64,000 nucleotides of DNA, taken from assembly GCA_002269645.1 (NCBI GenBank), contig NIVC01000769.1, positions 1-64,000 on the forward strand. The letters are read 5' to 3'. A model generated the notes under the pieces. The model did no database searches, was not told where the DNA came from, and saw only the letters and a list, made by a program, of their open reading frames with translations. A program made the position numbers and the translations under genes. Shown here piece after piece: positions 50,954 through 62,227 of this stretch; position 1 is the stretch's first letter, and the number at the start of each line of letters is the position of its first letter. This DNA comes from Macrostomum lignano. Its lineage: Eukaryota.

Positions 50954-53900
50954 ATGGACAGCATCTTGGAAGAGCAAACAGAGCCCGACATGCAACAACC
51001 CAAACAGCAGGTCGCACCGCCTGAAGCCCAGGATGGGACGCAAAGAGTGCTGCGGAAATCCAGCTGGGCCGCAGGCAAGCAAAGAATCCGGGTTAGCCGA
51101 CCAATATTCACGCAGTACAACTTCGATGCCCGCTACCAGTTTACGGAGCCCCAATCTGGCAATGGCATCCCGGGCGGGCAAGAGACCGGCCTCAGCTGGG
51201 GCGGTGAAAACAGCGGTGACAGTGGTCTTGGCGCTCGACTGCGCCGCCAACTACACAACCTCCGATGCAGCGGCGATTGTGCGCTCTCCAATGCTTTCCG
51301 CCTGCTGCCCTGTCTGGCCATTATGCGGGCTTATCGACCGCGCAGCGATCTGCTGCCAGACCTTGCAGCCGGACTGACGGTCGGCATCATGAACATCCCG
51401 CAGGGCATGGCCTATGCGCTGCTTGCTGGCCTTCCACCCGTGTGCGGCCTCTATCTGGGCTTCGTGCCTCTTTTAGTTTATTTTCTGTTTGGAACTTCCC
51501 GTCAGGTGCGTCGTTAGATACAAGTTCACTACCTAAACTGATTTGATTTGATTAAAACTTTTTGCTGGAGTAAACCTTGACTGCACTGACACCCTCACAG
51601 GTTAGCATGGGTACTTTTGCCATCGCCAGTCTCATGCTTGCTGAGTCGGTCTCCCGTTTAGCTGGTGGCGCTGGCCGCCCACCAGTTCCGGAGCTGCTGG
51701 ACATCCTCGGCCCGCCACCAGCAATGTACGGCCCTGATGATGCAAACGAGACAACCAGCGCAATGGGCAACCCGCTGGTTGGCGAGGCGAAGGCCTGGTA
51801 CCGCACGCAGGTGGCTTTGAGTGTTAGCTTACTGGCCGGTGTACTGCAAATTCTGCTGGGTCTAATGCGCTTCGGTTTCATTACACTTTATCTAAGCACG
51901 CCTCTGGTATCCGGATTCACCACGGGCGCAGCTCTGCATGTCCTCAGCTCACAGGTAAGCATTGTGACATAAGTTATGAAAACTCATCTAAGTACTCGTA
52001 GATTTTTTGCCTACATACCAGCAAGTCAACATTACGAATGGAATACAACAAGCTTTCTTAACTCTAAAATAATTTAGATCATGATGTGTCGAAGTTCCAG
52101 TAATTTTAGACTTCACCCGCAAGATATTTAGTTTGCAACAAGTAGTGCATCCTGACGCGTACATTTGATCTGATAGCCTACGACAAAGAATCTTAAAATG
52201 AGAAGTTTTATCACCAGGTGCCAGCCATCTTTGGTATCAAGGTACCTCGTCGCGAGAGCCATTTCGAGTTGGCCGTATTTTATGTCGATGTAGCCCGCCG
52301 CTTGGGCGAGACAAACCCTGTCAGCGTGCTGGTGTCGGCACTGTCTCTGGGCCTGCTTCTGTTGTTCCGATTGTTCCTCAGTGATCGTCTGCGCCGCTGC
52401 TGTCGCTTCCCGGTCCCAGTGGAGCTTCTGCTGGTGGTTGGAGCCACCGCGATTTCGCACCTGGCTAGTCTGGAGGCCAACTACGGTCTGCGCACGGTAG
52501 GCGTCATACCTAGCGGCATTTCTGCGCCGCGTCTGCCAAGCGTTCGTCTCTGGCCAGCACTTTTCCAGGACGCAGCGCTCCTGGCCGTGGTCATGTATGT
52601 GTGCACCTACTCTGTGTGCAAGATCTACGCCGAAAAGAATAATTACCAATTGGATGCCAACCAGGAGCTTTTTGCGTACGGCCTGGTAAACATCCTGGGG
52701 CCAGTGTTCGGCTGCTACTTTTCGGCTGGGTCGCTCAGCCGTTCGCAGGTAATATGAGGAAAGATTTTTGTGATTTTTTTCTATTGGAGCTGCTTCAAAA
52801 CTACCGGTAGTAAATCAAGTAAATATGTATGGCATGAGACTATTCGTTCATAAGTACCATTTGACTAATTTCTACTGCAGGTTCAAGCTGAACTGGGTGG
52901 CAGAACACAGCTGGCCAGCTTGGTGTCAGCCACGCTGATGCTATTTGTTCTACTGTTTCTGGGACCAATGTTCAGCCAGCTGCCCAATGCTGTTCTTGCC
53001 TGCATAATTGTAGTTGCGCTTAAAGGCCTTCTAATGCAGTTTACTGATGCGAAGCGCTTGTACCGCATCTCAAAGTTTGACTTCAGTATTTGGATGGTCT
53101 GCTTTGTAAGCGTTGTGGCGCTAAATGTCACTTATGGCCTGATGATCGGCTTTGCCTACAGCCTGTTGACTGTAGTTTGCCGCACTCAGTCACCTCGGGT
53201 GTCGATTTTGGGTCGTCTACCGTTGACTGACATCTACCAAGACTACCGCTACTATCAGTGCGCAGTTCAGGTTGTTTGCTAACTTAGAAAACTTTTTATT
53301 GAGTTGGTACGGGTCACCTTGGTATGGTATAGACTTGACTCAAACGATCTGGCAGTTAATCACTCAGCCCTGAGCTAGAATTAGCAACTTTATGGAGGAG
53401 GAAGGGAGAAAAAGAATTCGAAATTCGTGCTAGACGCTGAATAAAAAAGTCCAGTAACACACCCTGCACCACCAGGTCCCAGGCGTGGTAGTGTTCCGTT
53501 TCGACGGCGCTCTGTACTTTGCCAGTGTGGAGAATTTCCGCCGCAAGCTGGCCAAGCTGACAGGCTTTGATCCCAAGCTGTCCCGCGGCGAGGATGAGAG
53601 CCTGCACCACATCGTGCTAGATTGCTCAGGAGTCAACTATGTAGACAGTGTTGGCGCGCGGTTTTTGCAATCCCTGGCCGAAGAATACAAATTGGCGGGA
53701 GTTTGCATCTTGTTCGCCTGCTGCCCGCACCAGTTCCGCCGGATGCTGGAGCGCAGCGACTTTCCCGACCGTTCTGCCTGCGTCTACATCTCCGTCCACG
53801 ATGCTGTAGTGGGCGCGCTGGCCGACTACCCGGAGGTGCGCCGATGGGTCATCTCCGACGTGCGCAGCCGGAATAACAGCGTCGTGGAGCCTGGAGCCTC

Positions 53901-54054
53901 AGCAGTTGTGACTGGCATTCATAGCGCAGCGGATTCCAGTGCTGACGCTTTACGGGGGGAAACGGTGACAGGAGTCCAGCGTTTTGTCCGGGCCGGTGAC
54001 GAGGAAGCGCTGTCTTTGACAAGGAACAATGGAACCAGTGAAATTTCCTGCTGA
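50954..54054 (+). CDS. SLC26/SulP anion transporter (prestin/pendrin-like) with STAS domain, ~801 aa
   Basis: Exons 50954-51505, 51601-51954, 52218-52748, 52881-53270, 53476-54054 (GT-AG, phase 0). Motifs DLAAGLTVG...PQGMAYALLA, GTSRQVSMGTFA, SGFTTGAA, NQEL.AYG, GSLSRS; STAS FRFDGALYFAS and LDCSGVNYVDSVG. Confidence 0.95.
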
Positions 54055-54480
54055 AAGAAAGCTTTGCGGCCGATATCACTGGCAGTTGATATAATACCCA
54101 AACTGAGTTATATGATGTCTCGCTACCACAATAGAATTAACTTTCTCAGTCAAATAAAGCTATCGCTTTTCTAATCTTGTCAACAATTTATCAATAGATT
54201 AATGTTTTCTTTTTTATGTTGCGAAATATTATATTTAGGTCCCTTTTTAGGTAACTCTTCCCAATGGCCTTCTAAGTCCCTATGTTATTCTACTCTAATT
54301 TATCTCTGCTATAATTGGTATAATTATTGGTATAATTGGTATCACTGATTATTTTGTACATCAGTCTACGAGACACTATGCAATTTCAAAGCATGTAAGA
54401 GCTCATGAAATAATTTACGCTGATAGTTAATTCTGAATTAATCGGAACACAGTTCGAACTTGTTCTGAGATGAATCTCAG

Positions 54481-54675
54481 TTAATTTCATCCTAAAACTA
54501 CCGGTAATAATAATCGATAAAGATAAGAGCTTTTAATAGGTGACATTCTTATAGTGTACTACAAGCATTACTGGCTAAGTGCAACATCATTTCACTCAAT
54601 CAGTCTTTGTGGCACTTCTGTATGAAAGCAATAATATTCATTGTGCTCATTGTGTCACTCCTTGCGCTCATAATT
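54481..54675. repeat. 195-bp direct repeat, copy 1
   Basis: Identical by eye to 57861-58055. Confidence 0.95.
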
Positions 54676-55017
54676 GTGCTTTGTCAGGTCCTGAGCGCCG
54701 TTCAGCCGAAACCACAGTGAAAGCGAGCTGACGTGACCGCGAACGCTACTGTAGGCTCGCAGGCGCCTGCCCGCGAGGCCAGCCAGGTAGTTTAGCAGCG
54801 TGGACACAGTACACCCGGCGGGGTCGAGTCCCTTGGCTGAGCAGTACGCGCGCCAGGACCGCACGTGTGAGCTGATGGCGCTTTTCGAGCGGGCCGCGTA
54901 GGAGGAACCGAGTAGTTCACGGGCTCGGTGGCTGAGGTGGTCTGGCGCAGTCTGGCGACCTGAAAACGGAGAAAAGCGGATGTGGCAGCAGAAAGCGTGT
55001 GCCGGGAAAGCGAGCAA
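54676..55017 (-). pseudogene. Tyrosine recombinase N-terminal (SAM-like) domain, truncated at the insertion junction
   Basis: SYAARSKSAISSHVRSWRAYC...TLLNYLAGL...SSVRGHVSSLSLWFRLNGAQDLTK. The frame then runs into the flanking repeat and stops. The catalytic domain is absent. Confidence 0.85.
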
Positions 55018-56612
55018 TTGGTGAGACGCACCAATGAGCCATAAAAGCGCAGCAAAAAATTCAACAACTGACTGCCCTCGTGCAGCCGAGATGCGGCGTC
55101 AGCAAAAATATGAAACGGCCCTGGCACATGGTAAGCACGCAGCTGAATGTTCTGACGAATGCAAAGCAGCGCCACCGTCTGCAACAGCCTCAACACCAGA
55201 GGGCACTTGGAGACCACATTGTTGATAATACAGCACGCTCCCATATTATCGCAGTAGATGCACAGCCGACAGTTGTGCAGGCGGTCCCGCCACGACAGCA
55301 ACGCCATCAGAGGCATCACAGCCTCCTTGTAATTGATAGGCAGATCCCGAAAAACAGCATCCGCGTCGAGATCCCAATTAACGTAGCGCCAGTCACTCAC
55401 GCCCCCCGGCAACCGCAGCACGGCTGCGCCGCCCACCAGGCAGGCGTCCGACTCGATCGCGGCATCGAAGTCGCCATTGAACCAGAGAGTCTTCCACCTT
55501 TGAGCTAGCAGAGCACACTTCCACCAGCGCAGCTGACTACGCAGGGCCGCATCCACCTCATCTTGCTGACCGACGGCCAAATTGTTAGAGCGCGAAATCA
55601 GGTCCTGAAGAAAGGGGCGACCGCATTCGATCACCTGCGAAGCCCACACCAGCCTGCCGATGATCTGCTGTAAACTTTGCTTGCTGATGCGATCCTTGGC
55701 AGCAGCATCGTCCAGTTGCTCTAAAAGTTTCTCCACTTTCTCGTCTGAAAGCCGCTTCAGGCCCTTGACGGTGTCGAGCTCCACACCGAGAAACGTCATC
55801 CTTTGCGAAGGCCGCTGACACTTCGTCCAATTCACGGTGAAGCCCAGTCTGGTCATCAGCGACGTCAAAACATTAAAGAAGGCCTCGCACTCGTTTTGCA
55901 AACCGCAAAAGGCAAAATCGTCCAGATAGGCCTCAGTATTGACGAAGCCGCGGTGCACCATCATCAACTTGACCGCCTCGCTGAGATGATAGAAAGCCGT
56001 GACGGAAGCAGCAGCACCAAATGGCAGGCGCGTGTCCACCATGTAGGTGTCGCAAGCATCGCTACCTAGCCGAAACTTCAAACCGGTAAACTTTTGGTCG
56101 TCAGGATGGATCCCACATGAACGATAGGCTTCGCTTAGATCGACCTTGCACATAAAGTAATTCTTCTTAAGCCTCTTAGCAAAGTTCTGGACACAGGTGA
56201 AACGCAGTCTCTGCTCGCTCTCGTAAGCGGAGTTGACAGACTTCCCTTGCGGCCGGCTGCAGTCATGGATTAAGCGAACGCCACCGTTGGACTTCGGCAG
56301 CGCACCAAGGGCGCTGACTATGCGAGGTTTGTCACCAGCAGCACAGAGACGATAACGACCGAGACGAAGCTCATTAGCAATCTGACGCGCAACTCTGTCA
56401 TGGTGCTTAAAAACCGATGAGTAGTTTGCCACTTCAACCAGCTCGTTGCCATGCCTCTGACGATTGGTGATGCGAAAGCCACTAGCAACGCCATCAAGGA
56501 TAAAAGCCATCCGACCGGGCGGGAGATCCAGCTTGGACAACTCCGCCTGCCACTGGGCCAGATTGAGATCAGAGGATAAAACAGGAGGAATAAAATTCGC
56601 GCTATGATCGAG
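54792..56612 (-). CDS. Reverse transcriptase-RNase H (pol) of the Ngaro-like element
   Basis: Uninterrupted frame with RLIHDCS, KVDLSEAYR, RLPFG, YLDD, TFLGVELD. RNase H motifs IESDAC, INYKE, YCDN, ADAASR. Confidence 0.95.
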   Translation of the reverse strand, partial: LDHSANFIPPVLSSDLNLAQWQAELSKLDLPPGRMAFILDGVASGFRITNRQRHGNELVEVANYSSVFKHHDRVARQIANELRLGRYRLCAAGDKPRIVSALGALPKSNGGVRLIHDCSRPQGKSVNSAYESEQRLRFTCVQNFAKRLKKNYFMCKVDLSEAYRSCGIHPDDQKFTGLKFRLGSDACDTYMVDTRLPFGAAASVTAFYHLSEAVKLMMVHRGFVNTEAYLDDFAFCGLQNECEAFFNVLTSLMTRLGFTVNWTKCQRPSQRMTFLGVELDTVKGLKRLSDEKVEKLLEQLDDAAAKDRISKQSLQQIIGRLVWASQVIECGRPFLQDLISRSNNLAVGQQDEVDAALRSQLRWWKCALLAQRWKTLWFNGDFDAAIESDACLVGGAAVLRLPGGVSDWRYVNWDLDADAVFRDLPINYKEAVMPLMALLSWRDRLHNCRLCIYCDNMGACCIINNVVSKCPLVLRLLQTVALLCIRQNIQLRAYHVPGPFHIFADAASRLHEGSQLLNFLLRFYGSLVRLTNCSLSRHTLSAATSAFLRFQVARLRQTTSATEPVNYSVPPTRPARKAPSAHTCGPGARTAQPRDSTPPGVLCPRC

Positions 56613-57672
56613 TCAGTATTGCGGTTTCTCCTCACCGCTCGATTCGTCGCGGTGGAAGGCTGCCTCAGAGTGCGCCAGGCCGCATCTTCGGCAGCGATGC
56701 AGGAACCGACAGCTCTTGCGTTCGCACCCGCGTATCCTGTTGTAGTCGAAGCAAACCAGTTGATTGCGCTTCTGGGCACCACCCCCGATTGCTGCTTCTG
56801 GGGAGCCATGAGGTACGCCGCAACCAGACTCAGGTCCGAGCTGTGCGACTCCCACTTGCCATCAGTCGCTTGGCTGAGCCGGCACTCGTCATCAAATCTC
56901 ATGACACGGCTCTTGTCGAAGCCCAGGTCCAACAACTCGCCAATGCGTGCGGTGTACCTGAGATAGTCTCTGAGCTCTGCCACATCCAATCGACCATGCT
57001 GATCCAGTCTGACTAGACGCCCGTCAGTCAGCATCTGAAGCATCGCCTGCGCATTGCCTGTCACCCAATCGCCTAACGACAGCGCCTCGACCGCCACTTC
57101 TTTAGACTTACTCTGGCCTAGAAGACACTGCTTGCGCTTGCTGACGAAGTCAACGATTCGGTAGACGCTACTGGTACTTCTCCCTGAGGCTCCCATGTTC
57201 TCATGCTGCTGCCCAACTTCATGCTGCACACATCCAGTTAGGCAATTTAGCAACTCACCCGGTACATCACGTGCCTCAGAACGGCCGACCCGTAGCTGCG
57301 CGAACTCGGATTCCAGCTGCGCTTCTTCTTTGCGCAGCTTCAGCAGACGGATTCGCTTCTCCGCCTCCAGCAGCTGTTCGTCCAGGCCGCCAGCCGCGCC
57401 AGACCCACCGTTCTCGACCTGTCGCCGATTTGGGGGGCTGCCCCGCTGCTCGCTACCGCCGAGTTCTGCCCTGTAGCTCGCAGAATGGCCTGAACGTTCG
57501 TCAGCTCGTCACTCTCGACAGAGGTCTCCACGTCTTGAATATGGGCGCGAAGCCTTTGGACTAGTTTTGCTTTGTTGCCAGAGGTTGGCAAACCAAGCTC
57601 CTTTAGTTTCCCTCGCAGTGCTGGCACAGTTGTGGGGACGGAATCGGCTGACTGGCTACGGGTGCGGTTCAT
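56613..57672 (-). CDS. Gag-like protein: N-terminal SAP domain, coiled coil, C-terminal Cys/His finger (two 1-nt frameshifts)
   Basis: SAP-like TVPALRGKLKELGLPTSGNKAKLVQRLRAH; C-terminal CFDYNRIRGCERKSCRFLHRCRRCGLAH. Adding one base in the C6 run (~57432-57437) and the G5 run (~56782-56786) joins the three ORF pieces. Confidence 0.8.
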
Positions 57673-57860
57673 GACTCAGCAAAAGTTTCTATTTCTAAGT
57701 CAAAAAAATTCACTGCGAGAAGGCAAAGTGAGCCGCCAGTAGAGCGCGACGGGGGTTTAAAAACACCCCTGCCACCCAAAGGGGGGGCAGGCGGCGATGT
57801 ACAACCAACGCGCTGGGCACTAAAGCCGGTTTGTGCACTTTCGCCGCACAAACCAGTCCA

Positions 57861-58055
57861 TTAATTTCATCCTAAAACTACCGGTAATAATAATCGATAA
57901 AGATAAGAGCTTTTAATAGGTGACATTCTTATAGTGTACTACAAGCATTACTGGCTAAGTGCAACATCATTTCACTCAATCAGTCTTTGTGGCACTTCTG
58001 TATGAAAGCAATAATATTCATTGTGCTCATTGTGTCACTCCTTGCGCTCATAATT
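57861..58055. repeat. 195-bp direct repeat, copy 2
   Basis: Identical by eye to 54481-54675. Confidence 0.95.
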
Positions 58056-59120
58056 CAACGCTTCGAAACAATTTTTGAACTAATACAACATTCATGAGAC
58101 AATGTTTCTGTGAGTATGGTTTGCTTCTGGATAATAAATAATTTTAACAACTCGTGAAAAAATCATTGTCTAACTCTAGAATCATAAATAGACACAATCA
58201 ACCATTATATTCGATATATTCATTGGTATGCGAGCATACTACGTCATACTAACTACACAGCATCATATTAGTCATAGTAGCTCATGACTAACTAACTGTG
58301 ACTAGTTCACTCTGAATTTATCAAATCAAATTCATAACCGCAGTCACAATACTGCAGTCAATTTTCAAGAGGCCGTAAGCCGCTGCACAAGATAGGAGTG
58401 TCCAAAGTTCAGGCAAATTAGAAACACTGAGCCGCATGAAGTGTCCTTTTATTTCAGTAGCTACTGCAGTCAGGTCTTTCACATTTCTTCTCTCCCCTCC
58501 GTGCCCTGCCCAGTCAGTGTAACTCTAGCAAAAGTCAGCGAGGAGAAGGATTGTGCTGCCGTGAGTGTACAATGAAGACCTGCGCACTCGTACAGTACGC
58601 ACTCGAGTCAACTTTGCTCCGTTCCCCTGTCGTCTGTTTGCCAAAGCTTTAAAAAGACCAGAGCACTCCGATACAAGAAACCGCTGCGCCTTTTGAAATC
58701 AACCTTATTTGTTTTATTCGCAAGCTCGGCTTAACAGCAGGTCAGTTGGAGCTAGTTTTTTCATTTAATCAAACAAAATTTTATAAACAACTTACTTGCC
58801 TCTCATAAAAATGGAATTTTTACTTTTGAAATCCTAGACTGATGTTAATCATAAAGAACCAAAATTTACGCAGCAGAAAATGGAGTTGTATCCATCTAAC
58901 TTGAGAAAGTTTCTGAAATGTGGTTATTAGTTCTCCAAAAACCTTACTTCTGCCATCATCACTACGCTCCGTTTTCTATCTTTAATCAATTGTGATTGCA
59001 ATGCAGCTCAATAGTCGGGTTTTTAATGCTTAAATGTCTATTGCCACCGAGTGCGCTCAAAATCGACTATAGACTGTAGAGGTAAAACTTTCCCGTCACA
59101 TGCTCTCTCATGTTCTAATA

Positions 59121-59296
59121 TACCTTTTTGCGATCTAGTTTGCCAAAACTGCAATCAAATTTGCCCGCGGAAAAATATCACTTATAATTTTGCTTTCTAG
59201 GCCAAGTCTGCTCATAGGAGACAGCAAAATTATAAGTGATATTTTTCCGCGGGCAAAATTGATTGCAGTTTTAGCAAACTAGATCGCAAAAAGGTA
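59121..59296. mobile_element. 176-bp Tc1/mariner MITE related to the element at 26677
   Basis: ~74-bp inverted arms, TA TSDs (59119-20, 59297-98). Terminus TACCTTTTTGCGATCTAGTTTGCCAAAACTGC closely matches 26677 onward. Confidence 0.88.
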
Positions 59297-59524
59297 TAAC
59301 TTTGTAACTTTGGCGGCTCATTTGGGCTTACTCGCATCATTGAATTAATCCAAGATGTTTGCCGAAGTAATGGAGCTTTTGTCTATGGTACATGTAGCAC
59401 AGAAGCATTTAATTTGGTTCAAAAACATCAATTTGGTCCTTATATTCTATAGGTTCTTCTATAGGTATGCAGCAAAACATAGAATTTTTTGTGTCTCGCC
59501 AACAGCTTTGGTGACTGCATCGTG

Positions 59525-62227
59525 ATGTCAGCATCGCTTACTCTTTTCGGCGTGGCCGCCATCGCTGGCGCAGTCGTTTGGTTGCTGCGACGCGTCTTCT
59601 TTGGCAGCGGCAGCCGGACGCCGAGCCCGTTCCTGCCGCCATCACAGCTTCCGGCGCGGTCGGCAGTGGAAACGCGCCAGTCTGTTCGGGACGAATCGCT
59701 AAAGCGGGGCTTCTCCCCGGCCCGGGTGCCTGCGAATCTGGATGCCATTGTGATCGGATCCGGTATTGGTGGCCTGTCAGCGGCCGCCCTCCTAGCCCGG
59801 GCCGGCCGTCGGGTGCTGGTGCTGGAGCAGCACGACGTGGCCGGCGGCTGCTGCCACACGTTTTGGGAGCGCGGCTACGAGTTTGACGTTGGCATTCACT
59901 ACATTGGAGAGATGGCTCCCGGTTCAGACATGCGAGCTCTGGTCGACCAGGTGAGTGGCTGTGTATGCGAGAGTTGTGTTCAAAGGTGCCAATCTTACTA
60001 ATTATGTACGAGTATAAATAACCATTGTCAGGAGGGTTGTGGGTACCCTGGCGCAGCGACAGCAGTCAGCAGTTATCGAGGATCAGCGACATCCTCGTAC
60101 ATTCTGCCCATTTAGTACAGTAGTACAAGTACATTAGGACATTAGTATACAAGCTTGCTGTACGCAGGCATGCAATCATACGAGCTATTGATATGTCGTT
60201 GATATACGAGCGTACCTGAAATTGACAATTTTCTTCTTCTTCTCACTGTTAATCTGACGGGTATGCAGTGCGCAGTTTTGAGTGATTTTTTCTTAGCTCT
60301 AGCAAGTCAAGGTGCATTTTTCCCCAGAACCCAGACAGACTGTCTTCTCTTTTTCCACAGTTGACAGCGACTTGAGTTCAAGCGATCAATTAGAAATATG
60401 AGGGGATTCTTGTCGGAAATGTCGCTGCATTTTGAGCATAGCAACTCGTACCGCTCGCACCACCGCGCAGATAACGGACGGCCAGCTAGACTGGGCCCCG
60501 CTGGACCCCGACTGCTACGACGCCATCATGATCGGTGACGACGAGACCAAGCGAGTCTACAATGTCAGCGCTGACCGGAGAAAGTTCATCGGCCTCTTGT
60601 GCGAGAAATTTCCCAATGATGTGGACGCAATAAAAAAATTCTTCAATTTCGCAGACTCGTTACGCAAGGGCTCGGAACCTTACTGGGGTCTGAAGTTCCT
60701 GCCGCTAACATTGAGCAGGCTGCTCGCCAGGTCCGGCCTACTAAAGTACTTCTTCCCCATCTTCAGGTTTGTTGTACTTTTATATTGCTTTATTTAATCC
60801 CTTGTTTACGAGTTCTTTCTCCGAGCGAATGTGAATGGTCAGAAAAAGTCTAATACTTGTTTCTTTAGCATCAAATTTTTTATTGAATTCTGACTGATGC
60901 AGTAGATTTGATTTTACCTCATGAATGTTGTGGCATCTAGTCACACCCCACTGTTTTATGGTTCTGTTTCTTTCAACTAATACCTAGGAAACTTTCGTCT
61001 TCGCTGGAAGTTGTGGTAAGGATGTTAAAGTAATATTGCAGCCATGGAGCTTGACCGCTTATCTCCCTCTATCCCTGAATTTGCAGGCACCTAGACGAAA
61101 GCATCGATTCGCACCTGTCCCAGCTGACTGACAACCAGGAACTTCGCGCAGTTCTGAGCTACTGCTATGGCGACTACGGAACCCAGCCCAGCAAGGCCTC
61201 GGTTGTCATGCAGGCCTGGCTATTCAATCATTTCCAAGGTGCCGGTGCGTTCTACCCTGTAGGCGGTGCCAGCGAGATCGCCTACACCATCCTGCCAGTC
61301 ATTCGCCGCACAGGTGGCGAGGTCCTCGTTCGGGCGCGCGTCACCCAGTTGCTGGGCAACCCAAGCACCGGTGCTATCGAGGGCGTCGTTGTCAACGGCA
61401 AATCGGAGGTCCGTGCACCGCTGGTGATATCGGCAGTCGGGCTAAACAACACGGCAGCCATCATGCCGCCTGGCATTTCCGCGGGCCGCCTTCCCGGACT
61501 TCTGAATGACATGCCGATTGGAGTGGCCGCCATGTCGGTGTTTGTCGGCCTCAAGCTGCCCACCGATCGGCCAGTCGAGTCGCTCGGCCTGCGCCGTCAA
61601 AATGTGTGGCGATTCACTGATCCCAACCTGGACAAGTCCGTGTCCGAGTACCTGGCCTTGGACCCGCAGGAGGCCGCTGCCTCAGATGCCCCGCTGATGT
61701 TTGTGTCATTTCCCTCGCTGAAGGACCCGACGTGGGCGAAGCGGGCGGCTCTGGACCGTCTCACCTGTGCCCTGGTGACGCTCACCAACTGGGACTGGTT
61801 CGCTGACTGGTCCGACGCGAGAGTGAAGCACCGCGGTGCTGACTATGAGGGTCTGAAAGGCGCCATCGGTCGCCGCCTGTGGGAGCAGACTAAGGCCATC
61901 TTCCCGCAGCTGGCTGATCTGGAGGTTGAGGCCTTTGAGGTTGGCTCTCCCGTGACTAATAACTTCTACATCGGCTCGCGCCGCGGCGAAATCTACGGCC
62001 TTGACCATGGACTCGCCCGCACCTCTGCCGATGGCTGCGCCCGCCTCCGCCCCGACATTGGCGTGCCCGGTCTCCTGTGCTCCGGCCAAGACGTTGCCAG
62101 CTGCGGCTTTGTCGGCGGCCTTGTGGGCGGCCTGCTGTGCGCCTCGGATGCTTTGGGCAGAAACCTCTTCTTCGACCTGGCCGCTCAGGTGCGGCAGGAG
62201 AGGCGAAGGGCCAAGCAGATGGATTAA
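59525..62227 (+). CDS. RETSAT: All-trans-retinol 13,14-reductase (retinol saturase; phytoene desaturase family), ~620 aa
   Basis: Exons 59525-59950, 60471-60766, 61087-62227. N-terminal membrane anchor, DAIVIGSGIGGL Rossmann motif, LEQHDVAGGCCHTF, FDVGIHYIG, YPVGGASEIA, GEIYGLDH, GQD. Confidence 0.93.

Larger units (their letters stand above)
54676..57860 (-). mobile_element. DIRS-order (Ngaro-like) tyrosine-recombinase retrotransposon, 3'-truncated
   Basis: Order is gag, RT-RNaseH, overlapping YR ORF. No methyltransferase domain is evident after RNase H, which fits Ngaro rather than DIRS1. Confidence 0.9.

Noticed and set aside
55034-57564. Plus-strand ORFs overlapping the Ngaro element; likewise antisense ORFs over BEL, SLC26 and RETSAT
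   Set aside because: Shadow ORFs of GC-rich coding sequence on the opposite strand.
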